Source: Acidimicrobiales bacterium
Lineage (GTDB): Bacteria; Actinomycetota; Acidimicrobiia; Acidimicrobiales; VFJN01
Assembly: GCA_035296625.1 (NCBI GenBank)
Contig: DATHAO010000002.1
Coordinates: 18,111 to 82,110 of the forward strand
Direction of reading: 5' to 3'
DNA length: 64,000 nucleotides
Position 1 is the stretch's first letter. The number at the start of each line of letters is the position of its first letter. Under the pieces are notes generated by a model that saw nothing but the letters and a program-made list of their open reading frames with translations, did not search any database and was not told the origin of the DNA. Of the stretch, positions 1 through 7,926 are shown piece after piece. Position numbers and translations under genes: made by a program.

Positions 1-1
1 G

Positions 2-1747
2 CCGCTGCGCTACCTCGCCGACCCGCCGCCGCGCAGTGCCAAGGAGGTGCTCAGCGTCGGCGACACGACCAGGCTCCTGGTGGTGGCCATCGACCCGCCG
101 CGCCGGGGCATCGACCTGGGCGTGCCCGGCGTGGTGGACGTTCCCAGCTTCACCCCTGAGGCGACGGCGGCGCTTCTGACCGACGACCGGGGCGACGCCG
201 ACTTCGACGACGCCTACGACGACGACGCCTACGACGACGACGCCTACGACGAGGGCGTCGATGTCGACATCGAGGCCGACGCCGAGGCGGACGAGGTCGA
301 CGTCACAGAGCCGCCCGTCGACGAGCCGCCGGCTCGCGTCGCCCGGGGTCGCAGCCGCAAGGCCGCGGGCGTCGAGGAGCCGCCGGCCCGCCCGGCGCGG
401 AGCCGCAGCCGCAAGGCGGGCGCCCCGCCGGCCGCCAAGGCCTCGAGCGGTCGCGCCACGGATGCCGCCGCACGGACCGCCGATGGCGCGGCGCTCGCGT
501 CCTCCGCTGACGCCGCCGAGGCTTCCGCCCCGACCCGCCGCCGATCCCGGCGAGCCGCGACGCCCGCCGACACGGCCACGGAGCCGTCGGTCGCCCCGGA
601 CGCCGAAGCCCCGGTTCCGACCCGTCGCCGATCCCGCCGGGCCGCGGCGCCTCCCGATGTCGACGTGCCCGCCGGCCCAGGTGCCGCTCCCGTTGCCGAT
701 CGCTCGGCGACCACGGGTGCGGAGGCCGGTCCGACGCGTCGCCGTTCCGGCAGGGCGGCGGCGTCCGCCGCCGAGGTGCCCGCCGACCCAGGTGCCGCTC
801 CCGTCGCCGATCCCTCGGCGACCACGGGTGCGCAGGCCGGTCCGACGCGTCGCCGTTCCGGCGGCACAGCGGCGTCCGCCGCCGAGGTGTCCGCCGATCC
901 GGGGCCGACTTCGGCCGTGGATCCCCCGGTGGTGGCGGGGACGGAGGCGGGTCCGACGCGCCGCCGTTCCCGCAAGGCGGCGGCGTCCGCCGCCCAGGCG
1001 TCCGCCGCCCAGGCGTCCGCCGACCTGCGCCCCGCCCCGGCCCCGGCCGCCGATCCGCCGGTCGCCACGGGCGCGGAGACGGCACCGACGGGCCGACGCT
1101 CGCGCCGTGCCCCGGCCCCGTCCGAGCCGGTGACGCCCTCCGCCGCCGTGCCCGCCGCCCCGGTGGCGGCCGACGCGACGCCAGGTGCGGAGGAAACCGG
1201 GTCCACGACGCGCCGCCGCTCACGTCGCCCGGTCGTCGGACCGGCCGACGCCGGGTCCACCGCCGCCGAGGCGGTGGCGGAAGCCGACGCCACGTCGGTG
1301 CCAGCGCGCGGCCGGTCCCGGAAGGCGCCGGCCCCGCCCGGGCCGACCTCCGACGCGGCGCCCGAGAGCACCGGCACCGCCACCGGCGCCGAGCCGCCGG
1401 GCCCCGCCCGCCGCCGATCGAGCGGGACCGCCGAGCCCGCCTCCCAGGGCGAGGCCCCCGCCACCGAGGGCGCCCGCGCGACGCGCAGCCGGTCCCGCCG
1501 AGCGGCGGCTCCGACGTTCGAGGCGATGCCGGAAGCCACCGTGCCGGAGCCGCGGATCGCCGAGGCGTCGGCCCCGTCGACGCCCGCTAAGCGCTCCCGC
1601 CGCAGGGCGACCACTCCCACCGCGGACGATTCGGGCGCCCAGCCCACGCCCGGCCCTGCCAGCGCGCCGGCCCGGACGCGGGCGCGCCGGAGATCGACCG
1701 CCCCAGGCGGGCCGGACGGCGCCCCGTCGGACCCCTCGCCCTCCTGA
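2..1747 (+). CDS. S1 RNA-binding-domain protein, C-terminal part (5' end upstream of window) with long Arg-rich repetitive tail
   Basis: Frame 2 is open from base 2. PLRYLADPPPRSAKEVLSVGDTTRLLVVAIDPPRRGIDLGV resembles the last strands of an S1/OB fold. It is followed by an acidic DDDAY x3 repeat and a ~470-aa Ala/Pro/Arg tail with 14 RRRSRR(A/K)A-like motifs. TGA at 1745-1747; high GC3. Confidence 0.6.
   Translation, partial: PLRYLADPPPRSAKEVLSVGDTTRLLVVAIDPPRRGIDLGVPGVVDVPSFTPEATAALLTDDRGDADFDDAYDDDAYDDDAYDEGVDVDIEADAEADEVDVTEPPVDEPPARVARGRSRKAAGVEEPPARPARSRSRKAGAPPAAKASSGRATDAAARTADGAALASSADAAEASAPTRRRSRRAATPADTATEPSVAPDAEAPVPTRRRSRRAAAPPDVDVPAGPGAAPVADRSATTGAEAGPTRRRSGRAAASAAEVPADPGAAPVADPSATTGAQAGPTRRRSGGTAASAAEVSADPGPTSAVDPPVVAGTEAGPTRRRSRKAAASAAQASAAQASADLRPAPAPAADPPVATGAETAPTGRRSRRAPAPSEPVTPSAAVPAAPVAADATPGAEETGSTTRRRSRRPVVGPADAGSTAAEAVAEADATSVPARGRSRKAPAPPGPTSDAAPESTGTATGAEPPGPARRRSSGTAEPASQGEAPATEGARATRSRSRRAAAPTFEAMPEATVPEPRIAEASAPSTPAKRSRRRATTPTADDSGAQPTPGPASAPARTRARRRSTAPGGPDGAPSDPSPS
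203..250 (+). repeat. 15-nt in-frame tandem repeat x3 (gacgacgacgcctac) encoding DDDAY
   Basis: Read directly: ttc gac gac gcc tac / gac gac gac gcc tac / gac gac gac gcc tac / gac gag. Confidence 0.9.
677..1010 (+). repeat. 111-bp in-frame tandem repeat inside the S1-protein tail
   Basis: Units 677-787 and 788-898 are near identical (PGAAPVAD.SATTGA.AGPTRRRSG..AASAAEV.AD). A diverged third unit follows, to about 1010. Confidence 0.85.
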
Positions 1748-1798
1748 CGATCCGTCGGGCCACCCACCCCCCGTGCCGGTCGGGTGGGGTGGTGCCGG

Positions 1799-1804
1799 TA
1801 GCGT
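1799..1804 (+). promoter_or_regulatory. predicted -10 element of a leaderless promoter for xthA
   Basis: TAGCGT, then 7 nt, then GTG 1812. No SD. Fits the TANNNT-N6-8-start pattern. Confidence 0.45.
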
Positions 1805-1811
1805 GCCGGGC

Positions 1812-2687
1812 GTGCGCATCGCCACGTGGAACGTCAACTCGCTGACGCCCGAGCGGCTCGAGCGCCTGTGGGATTGGGTCGACGCGGCCCAGCCGGACAT
1901 CCTCTGCCTGCAGGAGACGAAGTCGACCGACGACGCGTTCCCCGCCCTCGACCTCCACGCCCGCGGCTACGCCAGCGTGCACAACGGCCAGGGCCGCTGG
2001 AACGGCGTCGCGATCGCCAGCCGCGTCGGCCTCGCCGACCCGGTCGCCGGCTTCGCCGCAGGCATCCCGCCCGACCCGGAGGCCCGCCTGGTCAGCGCCA
2101 CGTGCGGCGGCGTGCGGGTGTCGTCGGTGTACGTGCCGAACGGCCGGGCCGTCGGCCACGACCAGTTCGCCTACAAGCTCGACTGGCTGGCCCGCCTCCG
2201 CGCCCATCTCGACGCCGAAGCGGCGGCGGCGGCCGCGGCGGCCCCGGCCGCCGGGGCGGCGAGCGCCGCGAACGGCCGCACCCACGGCAGTCGCGGCCAT
2301 CGCTCGGTCGCCGTGTGCGGCGACTTCAACATCGCCCCGGCCGACATCGACGTCTACAGCCCGGCAGCGTTCGCCGGCTCGACACACGTCACCCCCGAGG
2401 AGCGGGCGGCGCTCGCCGAGCTCGAGGCCTGGGGGCTCCGAGACGCCTTCCGCGAGCTGTACCCCGGAGTCCCCCGGCTCTACAGCTGGTGGGACTACCG
2501 CGCCGGCATGTTCCACAAGCACAACGGCATGCGCATCGACCTGGTCCTGCTGTCCGACGACCTGGCGTCGCAGGCGCGCTTCGCCCTCGTCGACCGCAAC
2601 GCGCGCAAGGGGAAGAAGCCGAGCGACCACGCACCCCTCTTCGTCGACCTCGACGTCGACGTGCGCGCCGATGCCGACGCCGCCTGA
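1812..2687 (+). CDS. xthA: exodeoxyribonuclease III
   Basis: VRIATWNVNSL...DILCLQETK...CGDFNIAP...SWWDYR...RIDLVL...SDHAPL are typical ExoIII/EEP motifs. The GTG 1812 start matches the family N-terminus. Confidence 0.9.
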   Translation: MRIATWNVNSLTPERLERLWDWVDAAQPDILCLQETKSTDDAFPALDLHARGYASVHNGQGRWNGVAIASRVGLADPVAGFAAGIPPDPEARLVSATCGGVRVSSVYVPNGRAVGHDQFAYKLDWLARLRAHLDAEAAAAAAAAPAAGAASAANGRTHGSRGHRSVAVCGDFNIAPADIDVYSPAAFAGSTHVTPEERAALAELEAWGLRDAFRELYPGVPRLYSWWDYRAGMFHKHNGMRIDLVLLSDDLASQARFALVDRNARKGKKPSDHAPLFVDLDVDVRADADAA

Positions 2688-2709
2688 GCCGGCCCGAGGA
2701 GACGACACC

Positions 2710-3459
2710 GTGCCCGACGCCCCCGCCGACCCGGGCGCGCCGCCCGACCTGAGCCCTGAGGCCGTGACCTCGGCCTGGAGCGAGCGGCTCCGCAGCTTCG
2801 CCGACGACCCTCCGCCCCCGCAGCGCGCCCAGCTCCGCCGCACGAGCGCCGCGCTGCGCCGCATCGTGCACCGGCTCCACGGCTCGGCCGCCCCGGTCGA
2901 CGAGCTGTCCGGCATGGCGGACGAGCTCGAGCGGCTGGCCGCGACGCTCGAGGGATTCCCTGCTGGCTCTCTTTACGAGGGCTTCGCCGAGTCGACGCTG
3001 GCGGGCCTCGATCCCAACGCTTTCTTCGACCACAGCCCGATGCTCGGCGTGGCGAACCCGCTGGCACCCCCGATCAGCATCCGCCATGACGGTGACGTGA
3101 TCCGCGCCACGGCCACGTTCGGCTCCGCCTACGAGGGGCCGCCGGGCTGCGTCCACGGCGGATACATCGCCGCGGCGTTCGACGAGGTGCTCGGGACGAC
3201 CCAGTCGCTCGGCGGCCGCCCGGGAATGACGGGCCGCCTGTCGGTCGACTACCGCAGCCCCACGCCGCTCAACACCGAGCTGCGCTTCGAGGGCCGGGTC
3301 GAGCGGGTCGAGGGTCGCAAGACCTTCACGGTCGCCACGCTGCACGCCGGCGACCGCCTCTGCGCCGAGGCCCAGGGCCTCTTCGTTGCGATCGACTTCG
3401 CCAAGATGATGGAGCTGCGCCTGCGGCGTCCGGAGCACGTCCCGCCGCCACCCGGCTGA
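2710..3459 (+). CDS. PaaI-family hot-dog thioesterase
   Basis: GCVHGGYIAAAFDEVLG...GRLSVDYRSPTP...FEGRV matches the PaaI/4HBT pattern. GTG 2710 sits 8 nt after GAGGAG. ATG 2671 is the alternative start. Confidence 0.75.
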   Translation: MPDAPADPGAPPDLSPEAVTSAWSERLRSFADDPPPPQRAQLRRTSAALRRIVHRLHGSAAPVDELSGMADELERLAATLEGFPAGSLYEGFAESTLAGLDPNAFFDHSPMLGVANPLAPPISIRHDGDVIRATATFGSAYEGPPGCVHGGYIAAAFDEVLGTTQSLGGRPGMTGRLSVDYRSPTPLNTELRFEGRVERVEGRKTFTVATLHAGDRLCAEAQGLFVAIDFAKMMELRLRRPEHVPPPPG

Positions 3460-3474
3460 GACGGGCGGGGGTGG

Positions 3475-4008
3475 TCAGCGCCGGGCGGCGAGGAACCGCT
3501 CGACGGCCCCGGTCTCCGTGCGCAGGTGGTCGCTGAGGCCCGAGACGATGGCCCGCTCGACGGCGCCGCCCACCAGCGGCGCCTTCACCTGCAGTCGGCC
3601 TGCCACCGTGCGGACGGCTCGCGGACCCGTCGCAGCGCTGCGGCCCTCGGTGACCACCGCCGTGCCCGAGGCCCGGAACCGGTCTCCGTAGTTGTCCGGC
3701 ACGAGCCTGAACGCGACGCGCCGGTCCGCCAGGTCGTGGGTCGAGTGCTCGACCCACGTGAGCTTCGCCGGGTCGAGGGCCCGCCGTGCGGCGGACGACA
3801 GCTGGCCGGCGAAGCGGTAGCGCACCTGCAGCAGCACCCGGTCGTCCTCGGTGCGCCGGTCGAGCACCTCGGGGCGGCTCAGCGACGACACCGCGCCGAT
3901 CATCTCGTAGAGCGCCGGCTCGGTGTAGGACCGGGCCACGTCGTCGGCGTCGGCGTCGTAGGTCTGCTCCACGCGGAAGTCCACGCCGCCAGCATCGCCC
4001 ACCCGCAC
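3475..4008 (-). CDS. SRPBCC-like (DUF2505-type) protein
   Basis: 177-aa ORF with high GC3. General resemblance to DUF2505/SRPBCC lipid-binding-fold proteins; no catalytic motif seen. Confidence 0.5.
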   Translation of the reverse strand: MRVGDAGGVDFRVEQTYDADADDVARSYTEPALYEMIGAVSSLSRPEVLDRRTEDDRVLLQVRYRFAGQLSSAARRALDPAKLTWVEHSTHDLADRRVAFRLVPDNYGDRFRASGTAVVTEGRSAATGPRAVRTVAGRLQVKAPLVGGAVERAIVSGLSDHLRTETGAVERFLAARR

Positions 4009-4044
4009 CGGTCGGCAGGGGACCGCCGACGCGCGGCGGCCCGG

Positions 4045-6024
4045 TCAGACCCCGGAGACGCCGGCCAGCGCGGCGAGCAGACCGTCGCCCACTCGGGCGG
4101 CCAGCAGGCGGCCCATGCCGGGCACGGCCGCCAGCTCGTCGGGCGACGCGGGGCGCCGCTCGGCGATCTCCTCGAGCAGGAGGTCGTCGACCAGCGTCCC
4201 GGGCTCGACGCGGGCCGCCCGGGCCGCCTCGTCGCGCCAGGCCTGCAGCGCCACCAACGCGGCCGGCGGGGCCGTGCGCACCGAGGCCGACGCCAAGGAC
4301 GCCCGCTGGGCGGCCAGTCGCAGGCGCCAGTCGTCGGGCGGCCCGTCCCCGGCGTCGGACCGGGATCGCTGCGCGTCGGACAGACCGACGAGCCACGGCG
4401 ACAGGCGCCGCTCGACCGTGCGGTCGCCGAACGTGCGCCGGGCGGCCCAGGTGCAAGCCAGCTCGTCCTCGGCCCGAGTCATGGCCACGTACAGCAGTCG
4501 GGCCTCCTCGGCCTTGTCGTGGCGGGTGCGGGCGTGCGTGATGGGCACGAACCCGTCCTCGAGCCCGGCCAGGTGCACGACCGGCCACTCCAACCCCTTC
4601 GCGGCGTGGAAGGTGGCCAGCGTGACGGCATTGCCCGTGCCGTCGCCGCCCTCGGACTCGAGCGTGGCGATCAGCCAGGCCATGAACCCGCCGCTGCTGG
4701 CGTACCCGTCGAGGCGCAGCTGGTCGTGTGCGCACCGCTCGACCAGCTCGACGTTGGCCATGGCCTCGGGGTCCTCCTGCTCGGCGGCGAGCGAGGCCAG
4801 GTCGGGCAGAGCGGTGGCCAGCGAGCGGCCGGCCTGGCGCAGCAGATCGAGCGCCTCGCGCATCTCCGGCCGGCGCAGCAGCTCGTGGCCGCCCCGCACC
4901 CGGTGCGGCACACCGGCGAGGCGCAGAGCGTCGGCGATCAGCGGCAGTTGGGCGTTCGTGCGGGTCAAAACCGCCTGGGACGACCACGGCGTGCGCGGTG
5001 CCCGCCGGTCGCGCACCGCCCGGGCGATCGCCTGGGCCTCGTCGCGGTCGGTGGCGTGGCGCTCGAGGCGGGGTGGCGAACCGTCGCCCCGCAGAGCCCG
5101 CACCGACCTGCCGCCTACCTTGGCGGCGACGAGCACGTCGGCCGCGGCCGCAAGTACCTGGGGCGTCGAGCGGTAGTTGACGTCGAGGGCGATCACCTCG
5201 GCGGGCGGGTACCGGCGCTGGAACCCCTCGAGGAACCCGGCGTCCGCGCCGTTCCACCCGTAGATCGCCTGATGGGGGTCGCCGACGACGCACAGGTCCC
5301 AGCGGTCGCCGCGCCAGGCGTCGACCAGCTGCATCTGCAGCGGGTTCACGTCCTGGAACTCATCCACGAACAGGTGCCGGAACCGCCAGCGCTGCGTGGC
5401 CGCGAAGGTTGCGTCGGTCTCGAGCAGGTGGCTGCACAGCCGCAGCAGGTCGTCGAAGTCGACGAGCCGGCGGTTGCGCTTCTCGTCCTCGTACCGGTCG
5501 TAGAGCTCGGCGATTCGCTCCGGCGGCGCCGGCACCCGCCGCCGATCGGCGACCGCGGCCTCGGCGTAACCGCTGGGACCGACGAGACGCGCCTTGGCCC
5601 ACTCGATCTCGGTCGCCAGTTGCGCGACCGTCAGCGGCCCGCCGCGGACCACGTCGTGGAGCACGCGACCCTTGCGGACCAGCACCGCCGGGGGCGTGCG
5701 GCCCTCGTCGGCCCACCGGGCGCGCAGCTGCGCCCACGCCACGCCGTGGATCGTGCCGGTCGCCACGCCGTCCCGCAGCCCGAGTGCCCGCAGCCGGTCG
5801 CGTAGCTCGGCCGCCGCCTTGCGGGTGAAGGTGAGCGCGAGCACGTGGCTGGCGTCCGCGTCCTCGGTCGCGACCCGCCAGGCGATGCGCCGGGTCAGCA
5901 CGCGTGTCTTGCCCGAGCCGGCCGGCGCCAGGATCGCCAGTGGGTGGGCGGGCGAGGTCACCGCCCGTCGCTGCGACTCGTCGAGATCGTGGAGCAGGTG
6001 GTCCGCGCCCAACGCCAGCGGCAC
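4045..6024 (-). CDS. UvrD/PcrA-family ATP-dependent DNA helicase with C-terminal HRDC-like domain (UvrD2-like)
   Basis: Walker A APAGSGKT, TFTRKAA, FVDEFQDVNP, VGDPHQAIYGWNGA, TFHAAKGLEWP, YVAMTRA. The C-terminal LQAWRDEAAR...AAVPGMG is HRDC-like. Confidence 0.85.
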   Translation of the reverse strand: MPLALGADHLLHDLDESQRRAVTSPAHPLAILAPAGSGKTRVLTRRIAWRVATEDADASHVLALTFTRKAAAELRDRLRALGLRDGVATGTIHGVAWAQLRARWADEGRTPPAVLVRKGRVLHDVVRGGPLTVAQLATEIEWAKARLVGPSGYAEAAVADRRRVPAPPERIAELYDRYEDEKRNRRLVDFDDLLRLCSHLLETDATFAATQRWRFRHLFVDEFQDVNPLQMQLVDAWRGDRWDLCVVGDPHQAIYGWNGADAGFLEGFQRRYPPAEVIALDVNYRSTPQVLAAAADVLVAAKVGGRSVRALRGDGSPPRLERHATDRDEAQAIARAVRDRRAPRTPWSSQAVLTRTNAQLPLIADALRLAGVPHRVRGGHELLRRPEMREALDLLRQAGRSLATALPDLASLAAEQEDPEAMANVELVERCAHDQLRLDGYASSGGFMAWLIATLESEGGDGTGNAVTLATFHAAKGLEWPVVHLAGLEDGFVPITHARTRHDKAEEARLLYVAMTRAEDELACTWAARRTFGDRTVERRLSPWLVGLSDAQRSRSDAGDGPPDDWRLRLAAQRASLASASVRTAPPAALVALQAWRDEAARAARVEPGTLVDDLLLEEIAERRPASPDELAAVPGMGRLLAARVGDGLLAALAGVSGV

Positions 6025-6031
6025 ACCACGG

Positions 6032-6037
6032 ACGATA
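6032..6037 (-). promoter_or_regulatory. predicted -10 element of a leaderless promoter for the helicase
   Basis: On the minus strand: TATCGT, 7 nt, GTG (6024). No SD. Confidence 0.45.
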
Positions 6038-6046
6038 GGCGAGGCC

Positions 6047-6052
6047 TAGCAT
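6047..6052 (+). promoter_or_regulatory. predicted -10 element of a leaderless promoter for the 6060 gene
   Basis: TAGCAT, 7 nt (cgcccgg), GTG 6060. The 19-mer cctagcatcgcccgggtga is repeated exactly at 19389-19407. Confidence 0.5.
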
Positions 6053-6059
6053 CGCCCGG

Positions 6060-6410
6060 GTGATCGACGTGCCCGCCGAGCGCTTCGACGAGCTGGTGGG
6101 CGACGCGCTCGACGGCATCCCCGACGAGCTCGCCCGCCTCGTCGACAACGTGGCGGTCCTGGTCGAGGACGGCCGGCCCGGCGGGGCGCTGCTCGGCCGC
6201 TACGAGGGCGTGCCGCTCACCGAGCGCGACAGCTGGTATGGCGCCGGCATGGTCATGCCCGACCGCATCACGATCTTCCGCCTGCCGATCTGCACCCGGT
6301 GCCGCAACGAAGCCCAGGTGGTCGAGCAGGTGCGCATCACGGTCGTGCACGAGATCGCCCACCACTTCGGCATCGACGACGAGCGCCTCGACGCCCTCGG
6401 CTGGGCCTGA
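6060..6410 (+). CDS. small zincin-like metallopeptidase-family protein (DUF1025/Zincin_1 type)
   Basis: HEIAHHFG (HExxH) near the C-terminus and the overall 116-aa architecture typical of this family. Confidence 0.7.
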   Translation: MIDVPAERFDELVGDALDGIPDELARLVDNVAVLVEDGRPGGALLGRYEGVPLTERDSWYGAGMVMPDRITIFRLPICTRCRNEAQVVEQVRITVVHEIAHHFGIDDERLDALGWA

Positions 6411-6452
6411 TCCGCCTCACCGGCTGTCCCCACCGGCCTCATGTAGTGGGGT

Positions 6453-6458
6453 TACGCT
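6453..6458 (+). promoter_or_regulatory. predicted -10 element of a leaderless promoter for the PH-SHOCT gene
   Basis: TACGCT, 7 nt, GTG 6466. Confidence 0.4.
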
Positions 6459-6465
6459 GCGCGTC

Positions 6466-7095
6466 GTGCCGTTCTCCCGCAAGCTGCTCAACGACGAAGA
6501 GGGCATCGCGCTGGATCTCCACCCGCACTGGTGGTTCTTTGCCGGTCCGCTCGCCGCCCTGGTCGGCGCGATCCTCTTGGGGCTGGTGCTCATCGTCCAG
6601 GACGCCCCCACCGGGGCGACGCTCGGCTCCGGCGTGCTGCTGCTGGTCTTCCTGATCTGGTTCGGCATCCGCTACGCCCGCTGGGTTACGACGAACTTCG
6701 TGGTCACGACCGATCGCCTCATCTACCGCCACGGCGTCATCGCCAAGCACGGCATCGAGATCCCGCTCGAGCGGGTGAACACCGTGTTCTTCAGCCAGTC
6801 GTTGTTCGAGCGCATCGTCGGCTCGGGCGACCTGGTCATCGAGTCCGCGGGTGAGATGGGACGCCAGAGCTTCGCCAACGTGCGGCGGCCCTCGGCGGTG
6901 CAGAACGAGATCTACCGCCAGATGGAGGACAACGAGAACCGCAAGTTCGACCGCGTGGGCATGCAGGCCCGGCAGGGCTTCGGCGACGATTCGATCCCGT
7001 CGCAGATCCGCGAGCTCGACGAGCTGCGCCGCCAGGGTGTGCTCTCCGACGACGAGTTCGCCCGCAAGAAGCAGCAGCTGCTCGACCGCATGTAG
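6466..7095 (+). CDS. membrane bacterial-PH (bPH_2/YdbS-like) domain protein with C-terminal SHOCT domain
   Basis: Two TM helices, then TDRLIYRHGVIAKHGIEIPLERVNTV...GDLVIES (bPH_2 pattern). The C-terminal ELRRQGVLSDDEFARKKQQLL is a SHOCT pattern. Confidence 0.75.
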   Translation: MPFSRKLLNDEEGIALDLHPHWWFFAGPLAALVGAILLGLVLIVQDAPTGATLGSGVLLLVFLIWFGIRYARWVTTNFVVTTDRLIYRHGVIAKHGIEIPLERVNTVFFSQSLFERIVGSGDLVIESAGEMGRQSFANVRRPSAVQNEIYRQMEDNENRKFDRVGMQARQGFGDDSIPSQIRELDELRRQGVLSDDEFARKKQQLLDRM

Positions 7096-7100
7096 CGGTC

Positions 7101-7805
7101 GTGCGCGTCGTCAGCCTCGTCCCGTCGGTCACCGAGACGCTCGTTACCTGGGGCGTCCCGCCCGTGGCGTGCACCCGCTTCTGCGAGCAGCCGGAGCTCG
7201 TGCACGTGGGCGGCACGAAGAACCCCGACGTGGCGGCGATCGTGGAACTGTCCCCCGACCTCGTCGTGCTGTGCGAGGAGGAGAACCGTCGCGAGGACGC
7301 CGACGCCCTGGCCCGGGCCGGGCTCGTCACCGCGGCGCTGGCCATCGACGGCGTCGACGACGTCGCCCCCGCGCTGCGCATGCTCGCCGCCCTCGTCGGC
7401 GTGGACGGCGACGCCGCCGGAGACCTGGCCGGCACGGCCCGGCTCCCGCCCGCCGACCCGCCGCCGGGCCCACCCGTGCGGGCGTTCGTGCCCATCTGGC
7501 GGCGGCCGTGGATGACGCCGTCTGGGGGGACGTACGGTTCGTCGCTCCTCGCCCGCATCGGGATCGCCAACGTCTTCGCGGAGGCCGGCGAGCGCTACCC
7601 GACGACGACGCTGGAGGAGGCGGCAGCCCGGGCTCCCGACGTCGTGCTCGCCCCCAGCGAGCCGTACCCGTTCCGCGAGCGCCACGTCGAGGAGCTCTCC
7701 CGCGTCGCGCCGGTCGTGCTCGTCGATGGACAGGACCTGTTCTGGTGGGGCGCCCGTACGCCGGCGGCGCTCGATCGCCTGCGGGCCCGGCTGCGCCCGG
7801 GGTAG
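7101..7805 (+). CDS. BtuF/TroA-like helical-backbone binding protein without signal peptide
   Basis: MRVVSLVPSVTETL...DLVVL...WRRPWMT matches the Peripla_BP_2-like pattern. GTG start. Confidence 0.55.
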   Translation: MRVVSLVPSVTETLVTWGVPPVACTRFCEQPELVHVGGTKNPDVAAIVELSPDLVVLCEEENRREDADALARAGLVTAALAIDGVDDVAPALRMLAALVGVDGDAAGDLAGTARLPPADPPPGPPVRAFVPIWRRPWMTPSGGTYGSSLLARIGIANVFAEAGERYPTTTLEEAAARAPDVVLAPSEPYPFRERHVEELSRVAPVVLVDGQDLFWWGARTPAALDRLRARLRPG

Positions 7806-7855
7806 CCCGGCCCGCCGCGGCGCTCGACCGACTGCGGGCCCGGCTGCGTCCGGGC
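7761..7855 (+). repeat. ~42-bp imperfect direct repeat duplicating the 3' end of the preceding gene
   Basis: 7761-7802 ccggcggcgctcgatcgcctgcgggcccggctgcgcccgggg versus 7812-7855 ccgccgcggcgctcgaccgactgcgggcccggctgcgtccgggc. Confidence 0.8.
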
Positions 7856-7863
7856 AGCCCGGC

Positions 7864-7910
7864 GAACGTGCGGCGGATCCCGGCGGTCCCGCCGCATCCG
7901 CCGCACGTTC
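7864..7910. terminator. long GC hairpin between convergent genes (likely bidirectional terminator)
   Basis: gaacgtgcggcggat (7864-7878) pairs perfectly with atccgccgcacgttc (7896-7910), plus an inner ggcgg/ccgcc pairing. Confidence 0.55.
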
Positions 7911-7926
7911 GAGCCCCGGACGGCGG

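Noticed and set aside
677-1010. Tandem repeats (111 bp here, 120 bp at 61561-61800, about 31 nt at 59348-59416) as possible CRISPR arrays.
   Set aside because: The units are contiguous or near-contiguous with no unique spacers of regular length. Two of them lie in frame inside coding regions. No cas genes are present.
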